NCBI GenBank assembly: GCA_963977015.1
Contig: CAXBMO010000006.1
Span: 192,001 to 256,000 of the forward strand
From: an uncultured bacterium
GTDB lineage: Bacteria > Verrucomicrobiota > Verrucomicrobiia > Verrucomicrobiales > DEV007
Length of the DNA stretch: 64,000 nt
Direction: 5' to 3'
Position numbers and translations under genes: made by a program. Positions within the stretch are counted from its first letter, which is position 1. Each line of letters begins with the position of its first letter. The notes beneath the pieces are model-generated. The model was not told the origin of the DNA and searched no databases. It saw nothing but the letters and a program-made list of their open reading frames with translations. Below, piece by piece: positions 19,793 to 29,631 of the stretch.

Positions 19793-21190
19793 ATGAATAC
19801 GACGCATCGCATCGAACGAGACTCCATGGGCGAGGTGGAAGTGCCGGCAGGATCGCTCTACGGCGCCTCAACCCAGCGCGCCATCCGGAACTTTCCCGTC
19901 AGCGGGCGCGGTTTCGGGCGTGGTTTGATCCGCGCCATCGGATTGGTCAAGCGAGCTTCCGCCGAGGCGAACTTCGCGCTCAGGAAGCTGGATGCGGGAC
20001 GCTACCAGGCGATCTGCCGATCTGCCGAAGACGTGATCGAGGGAAATTTGGACGAACACTTTGTCGTCGATGTCTTCCAAACCGGTTCCGGAACGAGCAC
20101 CAACATGAACGCCAATGAGGTGATCGCCAATCGTGCGTCCCAGTTGGCAGGGAAACCGCTGGGCGCGAAGGATCCCGTTCATCCCAACGATCACGTGAAC
20201 CTGGGGCAGTCCAGCAACGACGTGTTCCCCACCGCGATTCACATCGCCGCCGCGGAAACGCTCCAAAACCGGCTTCTGCCGGAACTCATCGCCCTGCAAC
20301 GCTCGCTGGAGACCAAATCGAGCGAATTCGACAAGGTGCTGAAGATCGGGCGAACCCATCTGATGGACGCGACTCCGATTCGCTTGGGCCAGGAGTTTTC
20401 CGGTTATGGGCGGCAAATGGAGAAAGCGGTCAAACGGGTCGAGGCCGCGACTGAGGCATTGCTGGAACTGCCGCTCGGTGGAACCGCCGTCGGGACGGGA
20501 CTCAACACCCATCCTGAATTCGCCGCAAAGGCGATCACCTTTATCGCGGAGCGAACGGGGCTGAAGTTTGTCGAAGCCGAAAACCATTTCGAAGCCCAGG
20601 GCGGGAGAGACGCGCTTTGCGAGGTAAGCGGTCAGTTGAAAACCGTCGCCGTGTCGCTGTTCAAGGTTGCCAACGATCTCCGCTGGATGGGGTCAGGGCC
20701 CCGGTGCGGTCTTGGCGAGCTCCGCCTTCCTGCCTTGCAGCCCGGAAGCTCGATCATGCCCGGCAAGGTAAACCCGGTGGTTTGCGAATCGGTCATGCAG
20801 GTTGCAGCACAGGTGGTTGGGAATGATGCAGCGATCACCTGGGGAGCGGCCAACGGCAATCTGGAGCTGAACGTGATGATGCCGATGATGGCCCGCAATG
20901 TTTTGGAAAGCGCCGAGTTGCTCGCCAACGTCAGTCGCATCTTCCGCGAAAACGTCATCGATGGTCTTGAGGCCGATGTGGAGCGGTGCCGGCAGATGGT
21001 GGAGCGTAGCATGGCTCTCGTGACCAGTCTCGTTCCGGAAATCGGCTACGACCGCAGCGCGGAAATTGCCCGGATCGCGTCTGAATCGGGCAAGACCATT
21101 CGGGAGGTGTGCGAAGAGTTGGAGGTTCTGCCGCCGGATCGACTGGCCGCGCTTCTCGACGGGACAACGATGACGATTCCCACCGGGTAG
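19793..21190 (+). CDS. fumC: Class II fumarate hydratase
   Basis: RIERDSMG, QTGSGTSTNMN, HPNDHVN.GQSSND, KIGRTHLMDATP, GSSIMPGKVNP. Confidence 0.93.
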   Translation: MNTTHRIERDSMGEVEVPAGSLYGASTQRAIRNFPVSGRGFGRGLIRAIGLVKRASAEANFALRKLDAGRYQAICRSAEDVIEGNLDEHFVVDVFQTGSGTSTNMNANEVIANRASQLAGKPLGAKDPVHPNDHVNLGQSSNDVFPTAIHIAAAETLQNRLLPELIALQRSLETKSSEFDKVLKIGRTHLMDATPIRLGQEFSGYGRQMEKAVKRVEAATEALLELPLGGTAVGTGLNTHPEFAAKAITFIAERTGLKFVEAENHFEAQGGRDALCEVSGQLKTVAVSLFKVANDLRWMGSGPRCGLGELRLPALQPGSSIMPGKVNPVVCESVMQVAAQVVGNDAAITWGAANGNLELNVMMPMMARNVLESAELLANVSRIFRENVIDGLEADVERCRQMVERSMALVTSLVPEIGYDRSAEIARIASESGKTIREVCEELEVLPPDRLAALLDGTTMTIPTG

Positions 21191-21217
21191 ACAGCGATTC
21201 GAGCAACGAAACCTCGT

Positions 21218-21973
21218 TCACTCCCAGTAGTAGGGCCGACCGTAGAAATCGTAGAGTTCCTCTTCGTAGGTGCGGTTGACGGGAACCTTGGGATCGAATG
21301 GTGGGGATGCCTGGATTTGGTCTTTGGTCAGGTTCACTTGAGCACACGAAGTTGCCCAGTCGAACTGACTCATCCAGTCGATGTCGATGATCACTTTGCG
21401 ACCGGGCAACCAGTGTCGGGTGGCCACGACAAAGTGGCGGATCCGCCAGGGACTGGTATCCAGAATCAGATCCTCGACGTGACCGATCTTGTCCTCGACC
21501 GAGGCGATCTGGTAGCCGATCACCTCTTTGGTGGAACGCAGATGGGTCTGCTCAATCTCGGCAATCGCTTCCTCGTGCCGTTCGACTTCTTCCGGCGATG
21601 GATCGATATGGGCATAGGCCGAAGCGCCCCACATATCGGCACCTATCCAGTAGGGCTCGTGGCCGTAGTATTCGGCGTATTCTTTCTCAAACCGCCGGGA
21701 GATGGGTTCGTCGGTTTCCAGCAGCGGGCTGGATTCCACCTGATCTTTCGTGAGGGTTACGGGAAAGCGATGGGCGTAAATTTTCGGGTCGGGCGGGACG
21801 AGATGACGCGGGCTGATGAGAACCTGGTGCGAACTGAGCCATCCCCCCGTGTCGGCCACGAGGTAGCGAATGCCCCACTTCTCGTCATCGAAAAGGAAAT
21901 CCTTCACCTTGCCGATATTTCCATCGGTCGCTTCGATCGGATAACCCAGTAAGTTTTTGATGCTTCGTAACAT
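21218..21973 (-). CDS. Tandem PRC-barrel domain protein
   Basis: Two repeats (GYPIEATDGNIGKVKDFLFDDEKWGIRYLV and GYQIASVEDKIGHVEDLILD); ends YDFYGRPYYW. Confidence 0.88.
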   Translation of the reverse strand: MLRSIKNLLGYPIEATDGNIGKVKDFLFDDEKWGIRYLVADTGGWLSSHQVLISPRHLVPPDPKIYAHRFPVTLTKDQVESSPLLETDEPISRRFEKEYAEYYGHEPYWIGADMWGASAYAHIDPSPEEVERHEEAIAEIEQTHLRSTKEVIGYQIASVEDKIGHVEDLILDTSPWRIRHFVVATRHWLPGRKVIIDIDWMSQFDWATSCAQVNLTKDQIQASPPFDPKVPVNRTYEEELYDFYGRPYYWE

Positions 21974-22009
21974 AGTACTAGGGAGTTTCAGTGTTTTGAC
22001 TCTCTGTAT

Positions 22010-22114
22010 CGCGGGAATCGTGCCATTCCTCTCTTCCTGCGCTTCAGGATGGCGCCCGGGGCAATGGATTGCACCCTGCACGAGTCTCTCCTCTTCAGTG
22101 CGTGCATTCTGCAA
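22010..22114 (-). promoter_or_regulatory. Sigma-54-type promoter for the PRC-barrel gene with two upstream palindromes
   Basis: Minus-strand TGGCACG-ATTC-CCGCG (22025-22010); TTGCACCCTGCAC (22069) and GTGCATTCTGCAA (22102). Confidence 0.6.
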
Positions 22115-22260
22115 GGGCGCGATCGGCTGGTTCAAGGGATCGAGAGAGAAACTCCGAAGCATTTTTTATTATCCAGGGAATATACCAATGGAAGATGCGC
22201 TAAATCCTTTGACCATTCCCGTGAAGCGGCCCGTCTAAATGGTTCTAACCTCACAACGCT

Positions 22261-22770
22261 ATGATTAATCCCTACAACCTCGACCATATCCTGGAAGGCT
22301 GGGGTGAAGAAGGACTAGACCCCGTCACTCTCCGGGAACTGTGGAACAAAGCCACCGAGCCTCTCTTTGACGTTTTGGTCGTCGATGACGAACCGACGTT
22401 CACCCGGTTGGTAAAGTACAACCTCGAAGCGGATGGCCACTACCACGTGTTTTGTGAAAACGATGCACGCAAAGCTCTGTCCGATTGCCTGGACCTGTTG
22501 CCTGATGTCGTGCTGCTCGACTTGCGAATGCCTCAACTCGACGGCGAAGAAGTTTACCGGCAAATTCGGGAAAACCCGGCCCTGAACTGGCTGCCGGTCG
22601 TCAAGTTCTCTGCGGAACTCCCGGGCACCAGTCGTTTTTGCAAGAACCCGATCCTGGGTGAGGATGGCCATCTCATGCTGGCCAAACCGGCTTCCCTGGA
22701 CGAGATCAACCAAGCGATCCGGATGGAAATCCAGAACGCGCTGGAGGATCTCATTCTCGCCAACGAATAG
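22261..22770 (+). CDS. Stand-alone response regulator receiver protein
   Basis: VLVVDDE, PDVVLLDLRMPQLDG, AKP. Confidence 0.85.
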   Translation: MINPYNLDHILEGWGEEGLDPVTLRELWNKATEPLFDVLVVDDEPTFTRLVKYNLEADGHYHVFCENDARKALSDCLDLLPDVVLLDLRMPQLDGEEVYRQIRENPALNWLPVVKFSAELPGTSRFCKNPILGEDGHLMLAKPASLDEINQAIRMEIQNALEDLILANE

Positions 22771-22898
22771 TCGATCCCAGGCCCTTTTGCTTTGTTCCGG
22801 TAACGTTTGAGAGCGGTTCGTTCTGCCAGTTCCGAGATCGGGGTCGTCGAACGAAATCTTGGTGGGTTGGAATTCGTCAGGACCTCGTCGATGGGGGC

Positions 22899-22914
22899 TG
22901 GCATGGTTCCTGCA
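22899..22914 (+). promoter_or_regulatory. Sigma-54-type promoter
   Basis: TGGCATG-GTTC-CTGCA, 33 bp before the ATG at 22948. Confidence 0.6.
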
Positions 22915-22947
22915 CCTTGTTACGGCTGAAACAACCTCTCATGATTT

Positions 22948-23214
22948 ATGGCTACCCAACCCAAACCGGAAACCGTTGTTCAGCAAATGAGCACTCACCT
23001 GTCGAAGTTCAAAGAGATGGCTCACCGTACCAGGGGGCGTTTGGAACGCCTCGCGGAGATGTCGTTTGAGATTGAAGACGAACTGAAACAGAAAGAATAC
23101 GCCGATCGCGTCAGCGAGCTTTTCACCATCTCCACGCAATTCGAGGAAAAATTGGACTCGTTGATCAACGATTACGAAATCGAGCGCAATCGCATCGCCA
23201 ACGAAGCGGCATAG
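22948..23214 (+). CDS. Small helical/coiled-coil hypothetical protein
   Basis: 88-aa charged amphipathic ORF with an upstream promoter motif. Confidence 0.7.
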   Translation: MATQPKPETVVQQMSTHLSKFKEMAHRTRGRLERLAEMSFEIEDELKQKEYADRVSELFTISTQFEEKLDSLINDYEIERNRIANEAA

Positions 23215-23295
23215 CGCGCTCTGCAGTTCGCCATTGCAGAACGCAACGATCATTGCAAACGGCAATCGTTCTTCCAACTCCCAACGAACGCAATC

Positions 23296-24453
23296 ATGGC
23301 GTGGACATTTCCAGTCCTCCGAATTCTCGGCACCCAACTTCGGGTTCATGTGACCTTTTTTCTCCTGCTTGCCTGGGTGGGAATCGCCACCTATGCACAA
23401 AGCGGATGGGAAGGTGCGGTTTACGGCATTGCTTTTATCCTGGCGCTCTTTGTTTGCGTCATTCTCCACGAGTTTGGACACGCCTTGGCGGCCAAGGCAT
23501 TTGGAATATCCACGCCGGATATTACACTTCTGCCAATTGGAGGTCTCGCCCGGCTACAGCGAATGCCGCGCGATCCGATCAAGGAACTCGTGATCGCATT
23601 GGCGGGACCGGCTGTGAATGTGGTGATTGCTGGTCTGATCTTTCTTTTCCTGCGGATCAGCACCATTCCTTTGGCGATCGACCTGGAGGCACGGTCGATA
23701 TCCGGATTCTTCGTCAGTCTGATGGCGGTGAACGTGTGGCTCGTGATTTTCAACATGATCCCGGCCTTCCCGATGGATGGCGGACGGGCGCTGCGTGCGT
23801 TGCTGGCCACGGCGATGCCTCATTCCCGCGCAACGAATATTGCAGCGAGGATTGGTCAGGCTTTGGCCTTGGGCGGCGTGTTCGTTGGATTCATGAATCA
23901 ATGGTGGTTGCTGGTATTGGTCGCTTTCTTCATCTTTTTGGGGGCTGGGGCAGAGGCCTCTGCCTCCCGCCTGCGGGAAGCGACGCGGGGCCTCGCCGTT
24001 TCCGACGCGATGATGACGCGTTTCAAGATGCTGCGGGAGACGGATCCCATTTCCAAGGCGGTGGATCTGCTTCTCGATGGCTCGCAGACGGACTTCCCGA
24101 TCCTCGACGATCGAGATGAGCTGTCCGGAATGGTTCTGCGAAAGGACCTGATTAACGCACTGCGTAAGCATAGCGGGTCGGCGGCCGTGGTCGAAGCACG
24201 AAGCGGCTGCGAATTCGCGGTCGCGGCGGATTCGGCGCTGCCGGATGCGATGCAGATCCTTCAGGAGAGCCAACGCTCGACCATTCCGGTGATGTCCGGC
24301 GGTAGGCTGATCGGATTGCTCAGCACCAAGAACATTGGAGAGATGCTGATGGTGAAGGCCGCCAAGGACGAGAGGAGGAGATCGCATGAGGGCGAGCTTG
24401 ACGCGGGTGAGGTCGAATCCGGGCAGACCTTGATCGGTGGGCATTCCAGTTGA
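23296..24453 (+). CDS. Site-2 protease (M50) with CBS domains
   Basis: HEFGH, NMIPAFPMDGGR, C-terminal CBS pair. Confidence 0.93.
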   Translation: MAWTFPVLRILGTQLRVHVTFFLLLAWVGIATYAQSGWEGAVYGIAFILALFVCVILHEFGHALAAKAFGISTPDITLLPIGGLARLQRMPRDPIKELVIALAGPAVNVVIAGLIFLFLRISTIPLAIDLEARSISGFFVSLMAVNVWLVIFNMIPAFPMDGGRALRALLATAMPHSRATNIAARIGQALALGGVFVGFMNQWWLLVLVAFFIFLGAGAEASASRLREATRGLAVSDAMMTRFKMLRETDPISKAVDLLLDGSQTDFPILDDRDELSGMVLRKDLINALRKHSGSAAVVEARSGCEFAVAADSALPDAMQILQESQRSTIPVMSGGRLIGLLSTKNIGEMLMVKAAKDERRRSHEGELDAGEVESGQTLIGGHSS

Positions 24454-24551
24454 ATCAGATGCCCACGATTCCGCCAACTGAATGAGAAAGTGCAATCGGA
24501 TGCAATTGTGATTTACCAACGAATGTCGAGTCGCTAGGTTTATCGAGAAGT

Positions 24552-25253
24552 ATGACTGCGACTGAAGTGATGGCGTTGCTGGAGGAAAACCGGAATGAAC
24601 GGGGAATCCGGAATTGGGACCGTCTCGGAGAAGGGACGGGTGGGCTGGAGAGCTTTGGCATCGGCCTGACGAAGTTGCGTAAGCTCGCGAAACAGGTTGG
24701 GCGCGATCACGAATTGGCTCTGAGGCTTTGGGAAAGTGACAACCACGATGCTCGGTTGATCGGGTTGCTGATTGACGATCCAAGGGTGATGACGCGGGAG
24801 CAGGCGGAGCAGCAGGTCGAGAAGGTGGGAATTGGTTCCCTCGCGCACGTATTCAGTTCCTGCGATGCGACACTGGCAAAGGCGCCATTTGTCTTTAAGC
24901 TGGCCAGCGATTGGATCAAGGCGACGGATTCGCTGCGCAAGCGGTGTGGATACGGTCTCGTTTATGAGCTTTCCAAGAACACGCGCAAGAAAGAGCTGAC
25001 TGATGAGTTTTTTCTCGATTGTATCGACCGGATTCGTGAGCAGTTCGAATCGGAAGACCTCTGGGTGCGGATGGCGATGGGATCGGCCCTGATGGGAATC
25101 GGCAAACGCAACCCGAAGTTGAACCAGGCGGCGGTTGACCTGGCGAGGGAGTTGGGGCCGATCGACTTTAGTGAGGATGGCAATCGCTGTGAACCGTTCG
25201 ACGTGCTGAAACACCTTACGAATAAGGATCTCAAGGCCAGGCTGGGGATCTGA
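24552..25253 (+). CDS. DNA alkylation repair (AlkD-like) protein
   Basis: FGIGLTKLRKLAKQVGRDHELALRLWES..HDARL HEAT-like pattern. Confidence 0.85.
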   Translation: MTATEVMALLEENRNERGIRNWDRLGEGTGGLESFGIGLTKLRKLAKQVGRDHELALRLWESDNHDARLIGLLIDDPRVMTREQAEQQVEKVGIGSLAHVFSSCDATLAKAPFVFKLASDWIKATDSLRKRCGYGLVYELSKNTRKKELTDEFFLDCIDRIREQFESEDLWVRMAMGSALMGIGKRNPKLNQAAVDLARELGPIDFSEDGNRCEPFDVLKHLTNKDLKARLGI

Positions 25254-25355
25254 CGGAGGCCGAATTTTTTCGCGCCTTGAGCGGGACACAAAAGTTGCCC
25301 GGGAATCATGCCTGCCCGGTTGCGTTTCGTGCGGAAGTAGGTCTATCCTCTGGTC

Positions 25356-26618
25356 ATGCCCAATTCCCGGTCGCTTCAAATCGCCTGCTGCGTCGCAATC
25401 CTTGGTTCCGGGATAGGTCCGGCGGCTGCTGATGATCTTGATTTCGCGGAATTGACCGCTCCGGAACATGATTACTGGAACCGGCCTCTCAACGACCCTT
25501 TCACCAAGCTCAAAGAGGATCTCCAGGCAGGGCGGTTGAATCTCGATACCAGCAGCGAAAAGGCTTACCTTCTGAGTTTGTTGGCAGAACTCAAAATCCC
25601 GGTTTCGACTCAGATGCTGGTCTTTTCCACGACCAGTCTGCAACTCAGGCTGATTTCACCACGAAGCCCGCGGGCGTTGTATTTTAACGAAGACCTTTAC
25701 CTGGGTTATGTTCCGGGCGGAAAGATTGAGATTGTATCGCTTGATCCCCAGATTGGCGGAATCTTTTATATCTTCGATATCCCGCGAGGCAATCGCCCTC
25801 CGGTCGTGGAACGCTCGAGCCGTTGCATGAATTGCCATTCCGATGATGATACCCGTCAAGTGCCGGGCATCGTTATCAAGTCCGTCATTCCCGGTTCACG
25901 CGGGGGAAGTCTGGACTCCTTTCGCCGCAGCCAAACCGGCCACCAGATTCCGTGGGAAGATCGCTTTGGCGGTTGGCACGTGACCGGCAAACACGGAATC
26001 GAGAAGCATTGGGGCAACCAGATTGGTCAATTTTCGCCGGAGGGAATCGTCACGACGGAAATTCCTCCCGGCACGGAATTTGACTGGTCTGTCTATCCGG
26101 TGAAGAGCAGCGACATTCTCGCTCATTTGCTGCACGAACATCAGGCGGGATTTGTCAATCGGGCGGTGGAGCTGCAATATCGGACCCGGTCTTATCTTCA
26201 GGAGGGTGGGGGCCGCCTGCAACCCGAACGCCGGGAACAGATCCTGGAGCACAGTCAGGCACTGGTGCGCTACCTGCTATTTGCGGACGAGACGCCATTC
26301 CCGAGCGGTGGGATCGATGGAGCCGTTGAACTCAAGGAGGCGTTTCTCGCGACGCGGCGAATGACCCAGGAAGGCCTGTCTCTCAAAGACTTCAATCTGG
26401 AAACTCGGATGTTTCAGTTTCGCTGCAGCTATATGATTTACAGTTCGATTTTCCAGGGGCTGCCAGAGGGATTGCGGCAACAGATCTACCGCCTCATGGT
26501 GGCTGCCCTTGATCCTGAGAAAGCCGGCCCTGCTTACGATTACCTGCCAACGCAGGAAAAAGGGGCGATCTTAAAAATTCTTCGGGAAACCATTCCCGAG
26601 TTCCCGGGATCTTCGTAA
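25356..26618 (+). CDS. Exported hypothetical protein with one CxxCH heme motif
   Basis: Signal peptide, LVFSTTSLQ..ISPRSPRALYFNEDLY, CMNCH; resembles a family recalled from PVC genomes. Confidence 0.75.
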   Translation: MPNSRSLQIACCVAILGSGIGPAAADDLDFAELTAPEHDYWNRPLNDPFTKLKEDLQAGRLNLDTSSEKAYLLSLLAELKIPVSTQMLVFSTTSLQLRLISPRSPRALYFNEDLYLGYVPGGKIEIVSLDPQIGGIFYIFDIPRGNRPPVVERSSRCMNCHSDDDTRQVPGIVIKSVIPGSRGGSLDSFRRSQTGHQIPWEDRFGGWHVTGKHGIEKHWGNQIGQFSPEGIVTTEIPPGTEFDWSVYPVKSSDILAHLLHEHQAGFVNRAVELQYRTRSYLQEGGGRLQPERREQILEHSQALVRYLLFADETPFPSGGIDGAVELKEAFLATRRMTQEGLSLKDFNLETRMFQFRCSYMIYSSIFQGLPEGLRQQIYRLMVAALDPEKAGPAYDYLPTQEKGAILKILRETIPEFPGSS

Positions 26619-26640
26619 ACCTGCATCCGTTGAGTACATC

Positions 26641-26672
26641 AAAAAGACGTCCCCACGACCGCAGGGACGTCT
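26641..26672 (-). terminator. Intrinsic terminator between convergent genes
   Basis: AGACGTCCC...GGGACGTCT stem with a U-tract on the minus strand. Confidence 0.7.
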
Positions 26673-26712
26673 AAATGATCAAAGCTGATTCCGCCGATAA
26701 AAGCGGATTAAC

Positions 26713-27108
26713 TCAGCCTTTGCTGTCGACCTTTTCAGTCGGCTTACCAGCTTGTAGCCAACCGGAAATTCCAGCCGAGAGGTGTTTGACGTTGGTGAAG
26801 CCGAGAGCTTCGGCAGCCTTGGCGCCAGCTTGATAGGCACTGCAGGAAGGACCGCCGCAATAGGCAACCACGAGCTTGTCTTTGTCGTCGCCGAGTTTTG
26901 ACGCAAGCGCATCTTTGGTGGCACGGTAGTCAATGGCGCCTGGAATGTGGCCTTTGGCGAATGAGCCGGATCCGTTGACATCAAGGATGACGACTTCTTT
27001 CTTGGCGATGGCTTCTTCCAGTTCGCTGATGCTGATGTCGGGATATTCACCGGCAAAAGCTGCAGTTGCAAACACGGCACAAGCCAGGGTGGCGAGGAGT
27101 TGTTTCAT
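26713..27108 (-). CDS. Exported rhodanese-like protein
   Basis: Signal peptide, GHIPGA, active-site loop YCGGPSC, GISGW. Confidence 0.88.
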   Translation of the reverse strand: MKQLLATLACAVFATAAFAGEYPDISISELEEAIAKKEVVILDVNGSGSFAKGHIPGAIDYRATKDALASKLGDDKDKLVVAYCGGPSCSAYQAGAKAAEALGFTNVKHLSAGISGWLQAGKPTEKVDSKG

Positions 27109-27259
27109 TTAAGGATAGTAGGTAGTTGGTTTGTATTTTTTGTTGGAGGTGAGATCCGCACCCGCGGGCCTCACCGGGATTGAACCCGGTTCTGGGAACC
27201 GGATTCAAAAGTAGCACGGGCGACTATGCCCAAAGTTATCAGGAACGGGGAGGGAACGC

Positions 27260-27763
27260 TCAGTTGGCGTTCGCTGCGGCGATGGCGTCTTGAGCCTGGC
27301 TGGCCGGTTTCGCGCTAAGATCGCGCCAGATCACTTTGCCGTCCCGAATCAGAAAACTTTGTCGGGACGCCAATCCTGGTCCCCGGGTTGGAACGCCAAA
27401 GGCTTCGATGACCTTGCCCTCTTTGTCCGCGAGAAGCGTAAAGGGAAGACTGAACTTGTCCGAAAACAGTTTTTGGTCGGTTACGGTGTCCGCACTCACG
27501 CCAAACACCTTGATTCCCGCCTTGGAAACGGCTTCGAACTCATCCCGAAGGTTGCAGGCCTGCTTGGTGCATCCGGGAGTGTCAGCCTTTGGATAAAAGT
27601 AGACCAGCGAGGTTCCCTCGGCCAATGCTTCGCCGAGATTGACCTCTGCGCCATTTTGATCGGTGGTTACTAATTGGGGGGCGCTGTCGCCGACATTCAG
27701 TGGCTCCGCCTGCAGGGCTGTAACTGATAGAATTGCGAGAAGAGAGAGGATTGGAATACGCAT
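27260..27763 (-). CDS. Peroxiredoxin (BCP/PrxQ) with signal peptide
   Basis: YFYPKADTPGCTKQAC motif. Confidence 0.9.
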   Translation of the reverse strand: MRIPILSLLAILSVTALQAEPLNVGDSAPQLVTTDQNGAEVNLGEALAEGTSLVYFYPKADTPGCTKQACNLRDEFEAVSKAGIKVFGVSADTVTDQKLFSDKFSLPFTLLADKEGKVIEAFGVPTRGPGLASRQSFLIRDGKVIWRDLSAKPASQAQDAIAAANAN

Positions 27764-27970
27764 GGGATGGGTTTTTTTCGTGTGGGTAGTAGTCACCAAG
27801 GTTAGTATGACTTGGCTTCAATTTCCTTTCACCTGATCTCGACGCATTGGACAGGGTTTTTGTGATCTCGAGCGCGAAGATTGGTCGGCGTCACCGTGGC
27901 CCGTTCGTGAAAGTTTTGCTTTCGAGACGCGTGATAAAGCAAGACTATTCTGCAAAATAAAAAAGCACAG

Positions 27971-28309
27971 ATGCACCACACTCCAGGACATAGCCCAGTG
28001 ACTCTGGCTGATTGCAAGATAACAACCTACGAGGACGGGCCCCTGTGCGTTGACGTAAGATTCGAGACGATGGCGGAACTTGATGGTCTTATCGAGGCAC
28101 TTTCGCTTCTGCGTGATGCGACAGATTTTGACCATGTGCATTTACAGGATGACCCGAAGGTAGGAAGTCCGTCGGTGGCTGACACTGAGATCATCTTCCA
28201 CATGCCGGGCTCTTGCTTTGATTCCACGCGAAGCGATATGATTGCTCATGCTGAGCGGCGCATCAAATCCAGCATGAATCAGAAGCAAGTCGGCGCATAC
28301 AACCCCTGA
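27971..28309 (+). CDS. Small hypothetical protein (possible gene-cassette ORF)
   Basis: 112-aa ORF after an A-rich leader, followed by an imperfect inverted-repeat element. Confidence 0.5.
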   Translation: MHHTPGHSPVTLADCKITTYEDGPLCVDVRFETMAELDGLIEALSLLRDATDFDHVHLQDDPKVGSPSVADTEIIFHMPGSCFDSTRSDMIAHAERRIKSSMNQKQVGAYNP

Positions 28310-28402
28310 CCCGCCCTGAGTCCGATAATCATTGGCAGCATAACCCCTCAACCCGCAGTCGAAAGCGCGCTCCTGGTCAGGGGTGCATGGCCTTTGACGA
28401 TG
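28278..28402. repeat. Imperfect inverted-repeat element, attC-like
   Basis: ACCCCTGACC (28302-28311) pairs with GGTCAGGGGT (28375-28384); flanking GCATAC/GTGCATG; overlaps the stop codon of the small ORF. Confidence 0.4.
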
Positions 28403-29524
28403 AACCCCCGTGCACAAACCGCAGTGAGAATCCTTGGGATCTTCCTGACGATTGCCATTTTTGCGCCAACGGGAGAGTGCGTTGCTCAGGATCGGGATGA
28501 ATTTGAACGAGCGCAGGTAATTGCCAAACGAAAGCGAGCCGGAGAGTCTCTATCCGCTGCTGACGCGGCTTTGATGAGCAAATACGTGCAGCGTGGATGG
28601 ATTTCCGATATGGATCCGACCCGCACATCGACGGGGATGATCCCGTTGTGTGACATGACCGCCACCGATCGCTATCAGGGTGAGGACGGCGGCCTCTACG
28701 GGCGCGGGTTGAACGAGCCGGATGCAGCGCATCAGGGCCTGATCGACAAATCCCTCAGCGAGGTGGTTCCCCGGGCTCCCGATGGTGAGCCATCGCGCAA
28801 CGGCAAGGTCGTGATGATCTCTGTGGGGATGTCGAACACGAGCCGCGAGTTTGGCCCCTTCATCCAGGTTGCCAACCGCGACGATCGCAAGTCACCCGAT
28901 GTCGTTCTCGTCAACTGCGCTCAAGGCTCGAGAGCGGCCCGGCAGTGGGTCGAGATGGAAGACGTATGGCAGGGATTGGAAAGGAACCTTGCGCGAAATC
29001 AAGTGACGACCCGTCAGGTCCAGGTGGCTTGGGTAAAACTCACCGAAATGGGGCCGTCAAAGTATGGGGCGTTTCCGCAACACGCAGAATATTTCAAAGG
29101 CAATGTCGTCAAGATCCTGCAACGCCTGAAACAGACCTGCCCGAATCTCGGAATCGTCTATTTTTCGACCCGGGTTTATGCCGGTTATGCGGTGGGTGAT
29201 CGCTCTCTGAACCCCGAGCCCTACGCCTACGAGAATGCCTTTTCCATCCGCTGGTTGATTCGCGATCAATTGAAAGGCGATCCCGAGCTGAACCCTCACT
29301 CCAGCAACGGCCCGGTCAAGGCGCCGCTGCTCCTGTGGGGGCCCTATCTTTGGTGTGATGGAATGAAACCGCGCAGTGATGGGTTGGTGTGGCCCCCGGA
29401 GTATCTCGATTTCGACGGAGTTCATCCGAGCGAAAGCGGCAAGGCAAAAATTGCCGAGCTGTTGATCGACTTCTTCGCGACAAACCAGAACGCGAAGCCT
29501 TGGTTCACCGGGGCGGCACGATAA
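28394..29524 (+). CDS. Exported SGNH/GDSL-like hydrolase, hypothetical
   Basis: Signal peptide, SVGMSNT block-I-like motif, DGVHP block-V-like motif. Confidence 0.65.
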   Translation: MTMNPRAQTAVRILGIFLTIAIFAPTGECVAQDRDEFERAQVIAKRKRAGESLSAADAALMSKYVQRGWISDMDPTRTSTGMIPLCDMTATDRYQGEDGGLYGRGLNEPDAAHQGLIDKSLSEVVPRAPDGEPSRNGKVVMISVGMSNTSREFGPFIQVANRDDRKSPDVVLVNCAQGSRAARQWVEMEDVWQGLERNLARNQVTTRQVQVAWVKLTEMGPSKYGAFPQHAEYFKGNVVKILQRLKQTCPNLGIVYFSTRVYAGYAVGDRSLNPEPYAYENAFSIRWLIRDQLKGDPELNPHSSNGPVKAPLLLWGPYLWCDGMKPRSDGLVWPPEYLDFDGVHPSESGKAKIAELLIDFFATNQNAKPWFTGAAR

Positions 29525-29631
29525 ACCACGGCAGAACCCGGCCTCTGATAGAGTGGCTTCACCGCTCAAACGGACATTTGTGGAGAATTCCGTTCTTGGC
29601 ACCGAGTGTTCTGCTGTTAGTGGTAAGGTTA

